A DNA stretch of 64,000 nt from Ignavibacteriae bacterium HGW-Ignavibacteriae-1 (GTDB taxonomy: Bacteria > Bacteroidota > Ignavibacteria > Kapaibacteriales > UBA2268), in assembly GCA_002839825.1 (NCBI GenBank), contig PGYU01000007.1:27165-91164 (forward strand). The letters are read 5' to 3'. A program made the position numbers and the translations under genes. The notes under the pieces are model-generated. The model had not been told where the DNA came from. It searched no databases and worked only from the letters and a program-made list of their open reading frames with translations. Each line of letters starts with the position of its first letter. The first letter of the stretch is position 1. Below are positions 1 through 11,012 of the stretch, one piece after another.

Positions 1-2328
1 AATGAAATAATTTATCAGTTTCGGTTGATATATTCTGATATTGCGGCAATGATTTGAGATTGAAAAATGCTCCACCGAGAATAGAATATTCAAATTGCTC
101 GGGTTTTCGATTTTGAATTATATAATCACTATATTTAATTGTAATGAATTGTCCTTCGCGACTTCTTTTGGTTGGTCCGAATAAATCATAAAAATCAGTT
201 TTATTATGTGCTACAGTTAATTCCCAGAACCAATAATTTAATTTAAGATATAAATGTAATCTTTCATTTTCGGGAATCAATTGATTATAAGAATATGAAA
301 TATTAAAATCCGTCATGCTTAAAAAAACTTTGTCAATTAACTTAGCCCGAAAACCAAATGAAGGAAAATCTTTGTAGCCTTCAACAATCGGTATTATTGA
401 TGCAAGGCGTTGACTTGTAAATGGTTCGTAAATACTTTCAGTAACGCCGATTGAATCCAAATTTATCTCGGAAATTGATGGTAAATTCCATTGTTTTAAT
501 TGTGGATTATTCTCCAGAACGTCCATACCCAAGAATTTTATCGAGTTTGCATTTGCATTGTAATTTTCTTTCATTATCACAGGGAGCATCCCATTAACTG
601 TATAGCTATACGCAATTATTGAATCGTTGCCGATTGGTAGTGGTCGGAAATATCCGCGTTCGGTATTGCTTATAACTTCAATTTCCTTGCTTTCAACATT
701 TATCTTAAAAATATTTGAAACACCTGTCAAATAGGAAGTGCCATACAAATATTTACCATCTTCGGAAAAAACGAAATTACTACCCGAATTTCCCTCAAAT
801 GCATAAATATCTTCAAAATTATTATTACCTTGAATTATATCTTTCAAAAGAAATAAAACTAATTTCTGAGTGCCGTCAGTTGAGGAATATGTCGCGGATA
901 AATAATTACCGTCCTTTGAAATATCTAGGTCGAATAAATTATTCCCGAATGGTAATGTATAAAATTCTTCTATTTTTTCATAGGGTGGTAAAAGCCGAGA
1001 TAAAATGCTTCTGCCATTATAAACCCTGATTCCCCAAATTGATTTGTCCGCTTTATTAAATGCAAAATCGCCAAATCTTTGAAAATCCAATGTTTTAATA
1101 ATCTTTCCATTATCTCTCGAAATTAGCACTAAATCGCGATAATTATTATTATTTTCGGTCATAAAAATTGTTCGTGAATCTTCGTCGTATGTAATTGCAG
1201 TTACAAAATGCAGTCTTGGAGACATCACCGGTACGATTTTGCGAATATCGCCTGTTCCCAGATTTATTTCTGCCAAATGTGCTAATTCGCCCGGGTAATT
1301 TATTGCTAAAATTATTGAATTAGTATTTTTATCGTAAAATTGCCGAGATGCCGAGCCGAGTGGTATATCAATAATTTCTCGATGTGTAGTTATTTCATTA
1401 TCGCGAACTCGATTTAAATTTTCATTTTGAAAGTTATTTTCAAAATCAATCCAATTTTTCCATTCTGAAATTAAATCATTGCCATAAATCTTTTTGAATT
1501 GTGTTGCAAAAAAACGACTACTCGAATCACTTCGGTTGTAAAAATCGAGTAGTTTATCAACACCATGCCTATTAGCAAGATAGTTGATAAATCGAGCTCC
1601 GTAAAGATAGGCATTCGAACCCACTTTAAAATCTATAGTTGTGCCCTCTGTTTCGAGCCCAACCGGCAAATAAAAATATGCACTATCCAATACCATTGTC
1701 CTGAACACCATCTCGTCATATCCGCTGAGAGCTCTTCCGTATCCACCATTCATGAAGGTTTCAGCAAAAATCGCCATACCTTCCAGATACCATCGTGGGC
1801 TGTACCATCGCGGTGTCGCCAAATAACTGTAAACCATCGAAAGAGGGTTGCTATTGTCATTTATCGGCTTGCCAAAGAAAACACTTCTAAAAAAAGAATC
1901 GCTTTTCCCTGGCTTGTCGCATACAACTATATGATTTAATTCATGCGTTGCGAGCCACTGCATTCGCTCATTTGCGGGCATAATTTCGTAGATATTATCG
2001 AAAGGATTAATACCCAAAGTTACAAAGTTATGAGGGAGCGTTATCGCACCACCGTTACCGTAATCGCTAAAATCGTGCACAAAAAAAAAATTATTTCCTT
2101 AGAATTATAATCAAACAGATTTTTATTCATTTCGTAAGCATTTACGAAAGCTTTGGCTGTATGTGGAATCAAGTATGAATAACCGCGACCGTAATAGATG
2201 AAATCAAAGTTCGCGACTTTAAAGCTATAAATGTCAATATTTTCACTGCCCTTGCAAATAGTTGGTTGCAAAGGAGTTATAATAAAAAAACAAACAATAC
2301 AGTACAAAATCCGGCTACGCTTATTCAT
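1..2328 (-). CDS. Secreted HExxH zinc-metallopeptidase-like protein with a C-terminal PD40/TolB-type beta-propeller. The 3' end runs off the window and the gene is interrupted by a frameshift at an A10 tract.
   Basis: The minus-strand frame is open from the window edge to ~2040 with no stop, which is why it is absent from the ORF track. My translation contains WLATHELNHIVV (HExxH), then EGMAIFAE ~45 aa later, followed by propeller-like repeats. The 95-aa ORF 2041-2328 supplies the signal peptide in another frame. Reading through the homopolymer at 2086-2095 gives ...KEIIFFF/VHDFSDYGNGGAITLPHN..., which is continuous. Confidence 0.5.
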
Positions 2329-2403
2329 TTATCCTTAGATTTAATATTCAATTTATTCTTTATTTTTATTTCGGGACATAATTGCTTGTGTTTTTGGTGG
2401 CGA

Positions 2404-3558
2404 TTAAAAGCTGATTATTCCTTGTGCACTCATATATACGATACCAATTTGAGAAGCATTATATACCCCAATACTAAATTGATTTGCAGCGGCTGTTCCA
2501 ATCCCTTGATTCATAGCGGCTTCCCCAATTAGTTGGTTTGATGCTGCACCTATACCCTGATTGTTGATAGCCATCCCCAAAGTCGTACCGACAGCATTCT
2601 GTTGCGAATTCGCCGCTGATTGGGGTATTCCTATACCAACTACTTCTTGATTGAAAGCCCCACAGAATTCCGAATTAAACGAAAACATGAATGCATAATT
2701 ACCAATATATTGATTGGTAGCGGATTGGGCACTTGATACTGAAAAAGATGATATAATATTATTTATTGCATTTACCGTATTCAAGCTTAGTCCGCTGTTT
2801 GAAATGCTCACAAAAGAAGTATAACCGGTATTTATCGCATTGATGATTTCTTGTGAATTCATGCCTTTGATATAATTAGGGTCATTCAGCACTTGCGATG
2901 CCGAATAGTACATTTTGCTCGAATCACCTGTGCTGACAGCGTAGATGAAATTATCAACTACTATTCTGTCTCGAAGCGCTTTCAGCCCGTCAAGCTCTTT
3001 TTTACGCAAATTATCATTTTGAATAGAATAGTCAATATTTGCAATAGTTGCCTCGAAAATTGAGTCACGAAGAAGGAATTGATTTGCAAAGTTGTAGAAT
3101 TGTTTCAGTTGTGATTCTACGTCTTTGTTCATTTCCTTAGTCTCGCCTGAATAAAATCCTGCTAATGTAACAATTGTGTTTTGGATGGTTGTCGTATTAT
3201 TTGTTATGAAATCTGAATAATCCCGTAATTCCGCAACTGAACTTGAAATTGTAGGTGATTGATTATATGTTTCAAGTACCGGAATCCACCATTCATTTAT
3301 CATCCCTTTCAAATATAAAGCAAAGTCGCCGAATTCTACTAAATCGTAAATTGTTTTCTTCACCATGTTTGTATCGTTCAATAAATCACTTCGTAAGACG
3401 ATGTTCTCGTCGCCAATTGTGCTTTCGCGGTATCTGTCAGCCTTGGTAAATGCTCCTGAAGCATCACTCTCGTCTACGGGGGACCAATATATTGAGAATA
3501 TAAGTATGGTAACAGCTACAAGAACGCCCAAAATAACTAATACGTATTTCTTATTCAT
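2404..3558 (-). CDS. Hypothetical N-terminally membrane-anchored protein with degenerate NQGIG/NQ.IG repeats at the C-terminus.
   Basis: 384-aa ORF with an ATG start. A hydrophobic helix spans residues 5-25. The C-terminal 100 aa are Gly/Asn/Gln-rich degenerate repeats ending in F. Confidence 0.5.
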   Translation of the reverse strand: MNKKYVLVILGVLVAVTILIFSIYWSPVDESDASGAFTKADRYRESTIGDENIVLRSDLLNDTNMVKKTIYDLVEFGDFALYLKGMINEWWIPVLETYNQSPTISSSVAELRDYSDFITNNTTTIQNTIVTLAGFYSGETKEMNKDVESQLKQFYNFANQFLLRDSIFEATIANIDYSIQNDNLRKKELDGLKALRDRIVVDNFIYAVSTGDSSKMYYSASQVLNDPNYIKGMNSQEIINAINTGYTSFVSISNSGLSLNTVNAINNIISSFSVSSAQSATNQYIGNYAFMFSFNSEFCGAFNQEVVGIGIPQSAANSQQNAVGTTLGMAINNQGIGAASNQLIGEAAMNQGIGTAAANQFSIGVYNASQIGIVYMSAQGIISF

Positions 3559-3653
3559 ACTAACGTCCCAAAATATAGTAACAAACTTTTAATTTATATT
3601 TGCAAATATCAACTATGTAAAGTATAACATTTCAATCAAATAAAAAAGTGATT

Positions 3654-4352
3654 TTAATCAAGCAGAAAATCTGTAATGTGTGTGATAATAATCTTCGGGC
3701 GAATCCTATCAATCGGATGAATGACATTGGGCAAAACAGCCAATGAGGCGTTTTTAAGTCTGCGATAAACTGCAATGCTTTCTTCGAGACTTACCATCAC
3801 ATCTTTGTCGCCTACCATGATTTGAACCGAGCATTCAATATCTCCGTAATCTTCAATTCTGAGAGCCGGATTGTCTCCAAGTTCAAGCATCATTTTCGCT
3901 GTGGCGTTGACAACATTTTCCCAATTATGTTCGCCAAATTTATCTATCAAAGTTTGGACAAATGCAGGGATTTTGTTTTTCATTTTTTGAGGTTTTAACA
4001 TTGACGCTTCCAAAGCAGAGCTATCGGGATTCCAATCGAACTTTGTGCCAAGAGTCATGATTTTGCCAATTCGTCCGGGACTGTTTCGCTCGTGGTGCAA
4101 AGCGACGTATCCGCCCATGCTGTACCCGAAAACGGCTATTTCATTGTATGTAATTCCAGCAAGGTTATTAGTAATATAGTTTCCCAGTTCGCCTGAATAT
4201 TGCTCTATAGTAAATGGAAGAACGGGTTGAGTACCGTCGTGACCGGGAAAGTCAAATCTATGTATATGGAACTGCTTTTCAAGCTCGGAAGCAAGAGTGT
4301 CGAATTGCTTATGATTGCCCAAAGCACCGTGTAAAAGTATTAAATTTTTCAT
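3654..4352 (-). CDS. Alpha/beta-fold hydrolase (esterase/lipase-like).
   Basis: 232 aa. Contains HG near the N-terminus and the GYSMGG nucleophile elbow (GxSxG). Confidence 0.75.
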   Translation of the reverse strand: MKNLILLHGALGNHKQFDTLASELEKQFHIHRFDFPGHDGTQPVLPFTIEQYSGELGNYITNNLAGITYNEIAVFGYSMGGYVALHHERNSPGRIGKIMTLGTKFDWNPDSSALEASMLKPQKMKNKIPAFVQTLIDKFGEHNWENVVNATAKMMLELGDNPALRIEDYGDIECSVQIMVGDKDVMVSLEESIAVYRRLKNASLAVLPNVIHPIDRIRPKIIITHITDFLLD

Positions 4353-4637
4353 CTAAGTTTATAATTAGTTTATCAATTTAGCTTTAACTAAAATACGTAA
4401 AAGCTAAGATTTTTGCAATTATATTTTGATTAAAAATTTAAATAAAAAATTCACACAAACTTAGAATATCCGCTTTGCATTATGGTTGAAATTTAGCATA
4501 ATAAACAAGATTGCTTTTATTAAACGATATTAACATAACAAGTGCAGGCAAAAAATTAAGAAAAATTAATTTGCGCAGAATTGTTTTTTGTTTTAATTTT
4601 ACATATCATTTTCAAAACATTTTTTCGGGAGCTAATT

Positions 4638-6554
4638 ATGCGCAATTTCCTACTAATTGTACTTTTGATTATCGTTTTCGGTAATATACATTTATCGGCG
4701 CAAGTGCCTAACCAAATCAGTTGGCAAGGTGTATTGACTGACTCTCAGGGTCAAGCTTTAGACGGCACATACAACCTAACGACTAAACTCTTTAACCAAT
4801 CCGTTGGTGGCGATGCTCTTTGGATAGAACTGCATAATTCTAAGCAAATTGAAGATGGTCAGGTGAATCTAATTCTCGGGAGTATAGAAAATTTGAACTT
4901 GCAATTTAATCAACCATACTGGCTCGAAATAACTGTGGGCGCCGGGACACCCTTGAGCAGAATTCAGCTTACTTCCGTACCCTATTCCTTATATTCGGCA
5001 AATTCAAATCCTGTTATAATTAATGATTCATTAGTTTTGAAAGACTCCTTAGGTGTGACGCGAATGGTATTCAATCCAAACACAGGAACTTTCAGCATGA
5101 TGGATAATGATACAGTTTGGTATAGTATGTCGGTAAATTCGCCTGTCAAAATAACTGAAAAAATTGCAAATGATAATACATTTGAAAGATATATTGACGG
5201 ACCTGGACTGACTGTAACTCGGGTTGTAAGACCTGACGGTACAATAGAAAGTGAATCAATTTCAGAAACATCTTCAGATGGATTGACTCATGAATATTTA
5301 TCTAAAATATATGATTCAGAAGGTAGATTGATATCTAGTACTTTTATTTTCATGTATTATGATGGAGTTGGTTTTAAGCTTAAGGAAGAAATTAATAAAA
5401 CTTTCGACCCAGAATCCGAAGAAGTAATATCTGAAACATCAACAAATGAAAATGTGACTAAGGATGAACTAGTTAGCAAAACAGAGCGTTTGAATGGTGT
5501 TATCATAAGAACTATTGAAAATGCAGACGGAAAAATTGAAACGTTGACTTATAATCAAGTTGGTGCGGTACAAACTCATATGATTAGTTCAAATAATGAA
5601 AATAAAACTGAAATTATCAGCGGGACGCAAAGTACAATCGTAGAACAAACGCCGATAGGACTGTTTATTTCTAACCCGGAAAGTGATTACTCGTGTGGTT
5701 TTACTATGGGAGCATTTGGAGGTTCGTATCCATCACCAATTTGTAGCTTAAGTGTTTCAACTCCAAATGGAAATTGGACTCCGATATCTATTAATGACCA
5801 AGGTGGCACGTCAGGTTGTAGAATACATATCAATGAGTTTCTGACTGTCAACAAAACAGCAAATTTTCTGGCAAACACATCGTTTTCGAGCAATCTTACT
5901 TTATTTGCCAACCTAACAATGAGTTCTGTATCCGGTACGGCTACGCTAAAAAATACAACTTGTTCAGGATTAACTGTTAATGGACCTACAGCTTTAAATG
6001 GTGCAGCCACATGTCAAGGTCTTACTGCTACCCAGGATATTACAACTTCAGCAACAGTAAACTGTGATGATTTTGATGCATCCGGGAACGGTGAGTTTGG
6101 AGGTAATGTTCAAATAGCCGGGGATTTAGATGTTACAGGTCTAAAGAAATTCAAGATTGACCACCCCGATGACCCGCTTAACAAATCTCTGTCTCATGTT
6201 TGTATCGAATCAAACGAAGCATTAAACCAATATTCAGGAAATGTTGTGACTGACGCAAGCGGCTATGCTGTTGTGACTTTACCCGATTACGTCGAAAAAA
6301 TTAACATTGATTTCCGCTTTCAATTGACTGTAATTGGCGATTTTGCTCAAGCAATTATCTCCAAAAAAATTCAGAATAATCAATTTGAAATCAGAACTGA
6401 CAAAGCAAACATGGAAGTTAGTTGGCTGATTACTGCCAAACGCAACGATTCATACGCCAAGAACAATCCTTTCCAGGCAGTGAGTGAAAAGATCGGTGAT
6501 GATAAAGGCAAATTACTTTATAACCCGAGTAAGTTTTCTAAGCTAGGAGAATAA
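4638..6554 (+). CDS. Large secreted surface protein whose N-terminal ~110-aa domain is paralogous to the tail-fibre-domain protein at 29569 (cassette 1, gene A).
   Basis: The ORF-track start at 4581 is TTG. The first ATG at 4638 follows GGGAG and gives the signal peptide MRNFLLIVLLIIVFGNIHLSAQ. The motif ISWQGVL..G..L.GT..LT.KL...GG.A.W.E.H...G.VNL.LGS...YWLEITVG.GTPL.RI.L.SVPY is shared with the 29569 protein. Confidence 0.6.
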   Translation: MRNFLLIVLLIIVFGNIHLSAQVPNQISWQGVLTDSQGQALDGTYNLTTKLFNQSVGGDALWIELHNSKQIEDGQVNLILGSIENLNLQFNQPYWLEITVGAGTPLSRIQLTSVPYSLYSANSNPVIINDSLVLKDSLGVTRMVFNPNTGTFSMMDNDTVWYSMSVNSPVKITEKIANDNTFERYIDGPGLTVTRVVRPDGTIESESISETSSDGLTHEYLSKIYDSEGRLISSTFIFMYYDGVGFKLKEEINKTFDPESEEVISETSTNENVTKDELVSKTERLNGVIIRTIENADGKIETLTYNQVGAVQTHMISSNNENKTEIISGTQSTIVEQTPIGLFISNPESDYSCGFTMGAFGGSYPSPICSLSVSTPNGNWTPISINDQGGTSGCRIHINEFLTVNKTANFLANTSFSSNLTLFANLTMSSVSGTATLKNTTCSGLTVNGPTALNGAATCQGLTATQDITTSATVNCDDFDASGNGEFGGNVQIAGDLDVTGLKKFKIDHPDDPLNKSLSHVCIESNEALNQYSGNVVTDASGYAVVTLPDYVEKINIDFRFQLTVIGDFAQAIISKKIQNNQFEIRTDKANMEVSWLITAKRNDSYAKNNPFQAVSEKIGDDKGKLLYNPSKFSKLGE

Positions 6555-6555
6555 A

Positions 6556-7269
6556 ATGAAAACTCTATTTATTCTAATTGTATTATTTTCATCATTTTTG
6601 ATGCTACATAGCCAAGATTATATAATTAAAAAGCATGTTTTCGGTTCAAGTGCACAAACGGCATCGAATGCGGAACATGTATTTAAAAGTACTGTCGGGC
6701 AATCAACTACCGGAAATGCTGAAAATGATGACATAAAGTTATTTTCAGGCTTCTGGAAATTAGAATCCCAAGCTATAAGTTTACAGTCCATCAATCTAAT
6801 TGCAGGTTGGAACATGATTTCCACCTATCTAACACCGACTGATACATCAATCGAAATGATATTTGCTCAAATTGTGGACGATATCGTAATTGTCAAAAAC
6901 AATATAGGTCAAATCTATTATCCGGAATTTAGTATTAACGATATTGGCAATTGGAGTATTTACGAAGGCTACCAAGTTTATACAAGCCAATCCAATACGC
7001 TGGAAATATCGGGACAAGTAATCTCGCCGCAAGATACGCCTATTAATTTAGGAATCGGCTGGAGTATTGTGCCGTATTTGCGTTCAGGACCGATGAATAT
7101 CGAAGATGCTATGCAATCTTTGACTGATGATGAAGCACTCGTCATTGCTAAGAATAATCTGGGGCAAATATATTACCCGGCTTTCGGTATCAACGACATC
7201 GGGAATATGCTCGCGGGACAAGGCTATCAGATTTATTTGATTAAAACGGGAACTCTGACATACCCGTAA
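6556..7269 (+). CDS. Small secreted partner protein (cassette 1, gene B) with an internally duplicated C-terminal module shared with 32651 and 34761.
   Basis: Begins 2 nt after the upstream gene and has a signal peptide. The C-terminal module carries two ~45-aa repeats: IVKNNIGQIYYPEFSINDIGNW...GYQVY and IAKNNLGQIYYPAFGINDIGNM...GYQIY. Confidence 0.6.
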   Translation: MKTLFILIVLFSSFLMLHSQDYIIKKHVFGSSAQTASNAEHVFKSTVGQSTTGNAENDDIKLFSGFWKLESQAISLQSINLIAGWNMISTYLTPTDTSIEMIFAQIVDDIVIVKNNIGQIYYPEFSINDIGNWSIYEGYQVYTSQSNTLEISGQVISPQDTPINLGIGWSIVPYLRSGPMNIEDAMQSLTDDEALVIAKNNLGQIYYPAFGINDIGNMLAGQGYQIYLIKTGTLTYP

Positions 7270-7294
7270 TTAATAGCGATTGTGAGATATGTAA

Positions 7295-9439
7295 TTACTT
7301 TTTACGGAAAAGCTTAGTTATTGTTGAACTGATTTCATCATAATCTTTTAAAGGAACTGACACTGAAGTTGAAAGGAAAGTATCTTCCGTCGAATCTATA
7401 AAGACAGATTGCTTCGGATAAATCACTATGAAACTATTTTTACTTGATAGCTCGTCGAGATATTCAGGTATTTTATTCATCTGGCTATTGTAAGAAATTC
7501 CGTTTTTACGGCTAAATACAATAATCAGATTATCATCAAATTTCAAATCTCCGGTAATAATAGGGAAATTTCTCCAATCATTCATAGTAATAAATTCAGA
7601 TGAGATTGGATGCAATTTGTTTATATTTTGGATATATTTCAACGTAACATCATGAGCATAGAATACTAATTTGGCGCCTGTATTACGTGCGATGTTCCAA
7701 ATTTTGATTAGCCAAAATGGGAAACCGATTTCCTTCTCGGCGTTTCTGGGTATTAGAATTAAATGCCGTTTAACGGTGTTCAATGGCTGAACAGAGTTGT
7801 AAATCAATGTTGTAGTATTGCAAGACTTTAGTATTTCTTCGGTTAATTCTCCTAAAAAGGAATTTGTCAATCCCTTGTGTTTATGCAATCCTATTATCAA
7901 ATCTGAGATTTTATTTTCTTTGACAACGTTTGTGATTCCGTTTACAATATCGAGGTCATATCTGAGAATTGGTTTGAAAACACTATCAGTTGAAGATGCA
8001 CATATAGCAGCTTTTTCTAAGATTTTCTTAGCTCTCCGTTCTGCATTCTCATCAGATAATGTATTGGAAATCACGTTCAAGCCATACAATGGTGTTAAAC
8101 TTTTCTTGGATTTTATTGTTACGCTCAGATTGATTAACTCGTTAGCATTTTCAATATTGTTCATCGGAATCAATATGCTTTCATCTAATTTATTCAATTT
8201 TGTATCGTTTTCTGTCAATTCTTGCAATGCTAAATTCTGTGCACCCTTTTGAGTATATAGCGAAGCAATAGTCGAAGTTACTAATATCATCAAAATCGTA
8301 CCATTAAGTACACTATCATTCAAGAGTCTTATTGGTTCTCCAAATGAATCGTAGCCCAAAATTATATTATACCCAACCAATACAGCCGCAAGCGTTGCCG
8401 AGGCTTTAGTATTACTAAGTCCAAAAATCAATCGGCGTTCATTAAGATTATACTTGAATGTCTTTTGTGCAAGCCACGAAGCTATATACTTGCCAGTTGT
8501 AGCAATTATTGTCATAGTTAGAGCAACAAAAATCGTATCGAAATCTTTGATAAAAGCTCTGAAATCCACCAACATCCCGACTCCGATTAAAAAGAAGGGA
8601 ATAAACAGAGCATTGCCGGCGAATTCAATCCTATTCATCAATGCTGAGGTTTGTGGAATCAAGCGATTAAGTGCCAAACCGGCTAAAAAGGCTCCAATTA
8701 TTGCTTCAACTCCTGCTACTTCGGCTAAGAATGCTGCTAAAAATACTAAACCGAGCACAAAAATATATTGCGATATATTATCAGTATAGTTTTTGAAAAA
8801 CCATCTTCCAATTATAGGAAATCCTATCATTACTATCAAAGCAAAAAACAATATAGACACAGGTAGTTGAATCCAAAAGTTTTCATCTAAAGTTCCGGTA
8901 GTCATATTAACAATTACTGCTAGCACTAATAGGGATAATGTGTCTGTGATTATCGTTCCGCCAATTGTGACTATAACCGCTCGATTTTTAGTAACACCAA
9001 ATTGACCGAGAATGGGATAAGTCAATATAGTGTGCGAAGCGAACATACTCGCTAATAGGACAGATGTAGGTAAAGAAAAGTTGAGAATATAGTACCCTGT
9101 CACAGTCCCCAAAATCATAGGTATCAGAAACGTATAAAGCCCGAATATTATACTTTTGTTACTGTTTCGTTTGAAATCTCCCATATCAATTTCCAAACAA
9201 GCAAGAAACATTATGTAGAGCAATCCTACCGTCCCAAACAAAGTTATACTGCTATCACGGAGCATTAGATTTAGACCATTGGGACCAATAATTGCACCGG
9301 CGATAATGAGACCGATTAGGTGTGGAATTTTTAGCTTGTTGAAAAGTATGGGCGCGAAGAGAATGATGAACAATATCAACGCAAATAATAAAACCGGATT
9401 ACTCAACGGCAAACTTAATTCTAAAAGCTTTTGGGGCAT
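7295..9439 (-). CDS. Cation:proton antiporter (CPA family Na+/H+ or K+/H+ exchanger) with a ~300-aa C-terminal cytoplasmic regulatory domain.
   Basis: 714 aa. The N-terminus has ~12 hydrophobic helices with an LIGLIIAGAIIGPNGLNL-type motif typical of Kef/NhaP exchangers. The C-terminal soluble domain is possibly USP-like. Confidence 0.7.
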   Translation of the reverse strand: MPQKLLELSLPLSNPVLLFALILFIILFAPILFNKLKIPHLIGLIIAGAIIGPNGLNLMLRDSSITLFGTVGLLYIMFLACLEIDMGDFKRNSNKSIIFGLYTFLIPMILGTVTGYYILNFSLPTSVLLASMFASHTILTYPILGQFGVTKNRAVIVTIGGTIITDTLSLLVLAVIVNMTTGTLDENFWIQLPVSILFFALIVMIGFPIIGRWFFKNYTDNISQYIFVLGLVFLAAFLAEVAGVEAIIGAFLAGLALNRLIPQTSALMNRIEFAGNALFIPFFLIGVGMLVDFRAFIKDFDTIFVALTMTIIATTGKYIASWLAQKTFKYNLNERRLIFGLSNTKASATLAAVLVGYNIILGYDSFGEPIRLLNDSVLNGTILMILVTSTIASLYTQKGAQNLALQELTENDTKLNKLDESILIPMNNIENANELINLSVTIKSKKSLTPLYGLNVISNTLSDENAERRAKKILEKAAICASSTDSVFKPILRYDLDIVNGITNVVKENKISDLIIGLHKHKGLTNSFLGELTEEILKSCNTTTLIYNSVQPLNTVKRHLILIPRNAEKEIGFPFWLIKIWNIARNTGAKLVFYAHDVTLKYIQNINKLHPISSEFITMNDWRNFPIITGDLKFDDNLIIVFSRKNGISYNSQMNKIPEYLDELSSKNSFIVIYPKQSVFIDSTEDTFLSTSVSVPLKDYDEISSTITKLFRKK

Positions 9440-9590
9440 ATTATATAATGTTTATTACTGTTGTCAAAATTAGCCCCTATTTTTTGAATTTTATTTCAAT
9501 ATTTTATATTAATTTTTTCATAATTTCATTTGACAAAGTTAATCATAAAATTTTTCTTTTCAAAATCCGAAATTATGTTTATTTTTACAT

Positions 9591-10281
9591 AATGGGATAT
9601 AATGAAAAAAATACTGCTGTTGTGCTTTTGAGTGGAGGAATGGATTCAGCTGTTTGTGCGGCATTAGCTGTTTACGAAGGTTATCAACCGGCTGTTTTGC
9701 ATTTGAATTACGGACAACGTACTCAAAAGCGAGAGCTCAAAGCATTTCATGAAGTTGCTGACCACTTTGAAATCAACAAACGAATGATTGTAGATGTTTC
9801 GTACTTGTCGCAAATTGGCGGTTCGAGCTTGACAGATGCATCAATTGAAATCGAAAAAGCAAAATTTGACAAAAACCATATTCCAAATACCTACGTGCCG
9901 TTTCGCAATGGAAATATTATAGCGATTGCAGTGAGTTGGGCAGAAGTAATTGGCGCCAGAGCGATTATCATTGGTGCAATGGAACAAGATTCCAGCGGCT
10001 ATCCGGATTGTCGCTCGACCTTCTTCGATGCGATTAATTTGGCGATAAAATTGGGCACTAAGCCCGAAACCGAAATCCGTGTGCTCACCCCGATTATTGA
10101 TATGACAAAATCTGAAATAATCAAACGAGGAACTGAGTTGGGCGTACCTTTCGAGAAAACTTGGAGTTGTTACAAAAATTCTGATTTGGCTTGTGGTGTA
10201 TGCGAATCTTGTGCTTTACGTCTGAAAGGATTTGCAGGAGCAGGTTATCGCGACCCAATCAAATACGAGCCAAAGAGCTAA
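9591..10281 (+). CDS. queC: 7-cyano-7-deazaguanine synthase.
   Basis: The sequence carries the LLSGGMDS PP-loop and the C-terminal zinc motif CYKNSDLACGVCESC. The track ORF begins at 9448, but the conserved protein starts at the ATG at 9591 (MGYNEKNTAVVLLSGG). Confidence 0.85.
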
Positions 10282-10860
10282 TTAAAAGGCGTACCGAATC
10301 CCGAATCCACCACCGATACCAATAAATGATGTTCCGCTTGGATTGCGGTCTATAAACTTAGTATCGTCCGACACTTCGGAAGTCTGATAATGCAATCCAA
10401 GTTCAAGATGCAAAACAAGTCTATCCATTACTTTGTGCTCTAATCCACCGATTAGACCAAAATTGTAGATTCGGTTCATATCCTTGTTGATGACTTTAGT
10501 AATAACGTCATTTTCGCGAATGATTTTGAAAGTCCTATCTTCAATATACCAAAATGATACAGCAGGTGCTACGTAGTATCGAGTATTTTCGGTTTTGTGC
10601 AAATTAAACTGATACTGAATTCCCAAACTTGCGTAAAAATCCAAGTCGTCGGGTGGAGCGTCTGATTGATAAAACGTAAAAAATGTGAATGCCAAAGCAT
10701 TGTGTGGGGAAGTTTCGACTTGGTAATTCAAGCCAATGCCGGAAATTGTTGAGAGTGCGATGCCGAATTGGTGCTTTGGATATGACCGCTTTTGACTCAT
10801 CGAATCATAAGTCGAAAAAATCATCAATATAATTATGGCTAACAGAAACTTTCTAAGCAT
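10282..10860 (-). CDS. Outer-membrane beta-barrel protein (OmpA/OmpW-like small barrel).
   Basis: The internal start MLRKFLLAIIILMIFS is a signal peptide. The protein has alternating amphipathic strands and a C-terminal aromatic ...GIRYAF. Confidence 0.5.
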   Translation of the reverse strand: MLRKFLLAIIILMIFSTYDSMSQKRSYPKHQFGIALSTISGIGLNYQVETSPHNALAFTFFTFYQSDAPPDDLDFYASLGIQYQFNLHKTENTRYYVAPAVSFWYIEDRTFKIIRENDVITKVINKDMNRIYNFGLIGGLEHKVMDRLVLHLELGLHYQTSEVSDDTKFIDRNPSGTSFIGIGGGFGIRYAF

Positions 10861-11012
10861 CGAATTCACTACGTTAAAAACTATTGTCACGAAAATAGAG
10901 GCTAAATATTGATATGGCATATTTTTATAATTCACTTATCCTTAACTCTTTTTAATGCAATTTTGCTTATTTTCGAGTTGAAAATAAATTAAATTTGCGA
11001 ATTGAGGTTTGA

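Noticed and set aside
715-1939. Plus-strand ORFs 715-1029 and 1565-1939.
   Set aside because: They lie antisense to a long minus-strand open frame with clear peptidase and propeller motifs, and they have low-complexity, Cys/His-odd composition.
5687-6010. Minus-strand 107-aa ORF inside the 4638-6554 gene. Similar antisense ORFs lie at 29628-30149, 33070-33258, 36248-36436 and 37154-37414.
   Set aside because: They are embedded antisense in well-supported genes. The 33070 and 36248 ORFs are simply the duplicated module read backwards, and the 37154 ORF is the hexapeptide repeat read backwards.
9448-9590. N-terminal 48-aa extension of queC in the ORF track.
   Set aside because: It is an AT-rich, Phe/Ile-rich low-complexity stretch. 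The conserved QueC sequence begins at the internal ATG at 9591.
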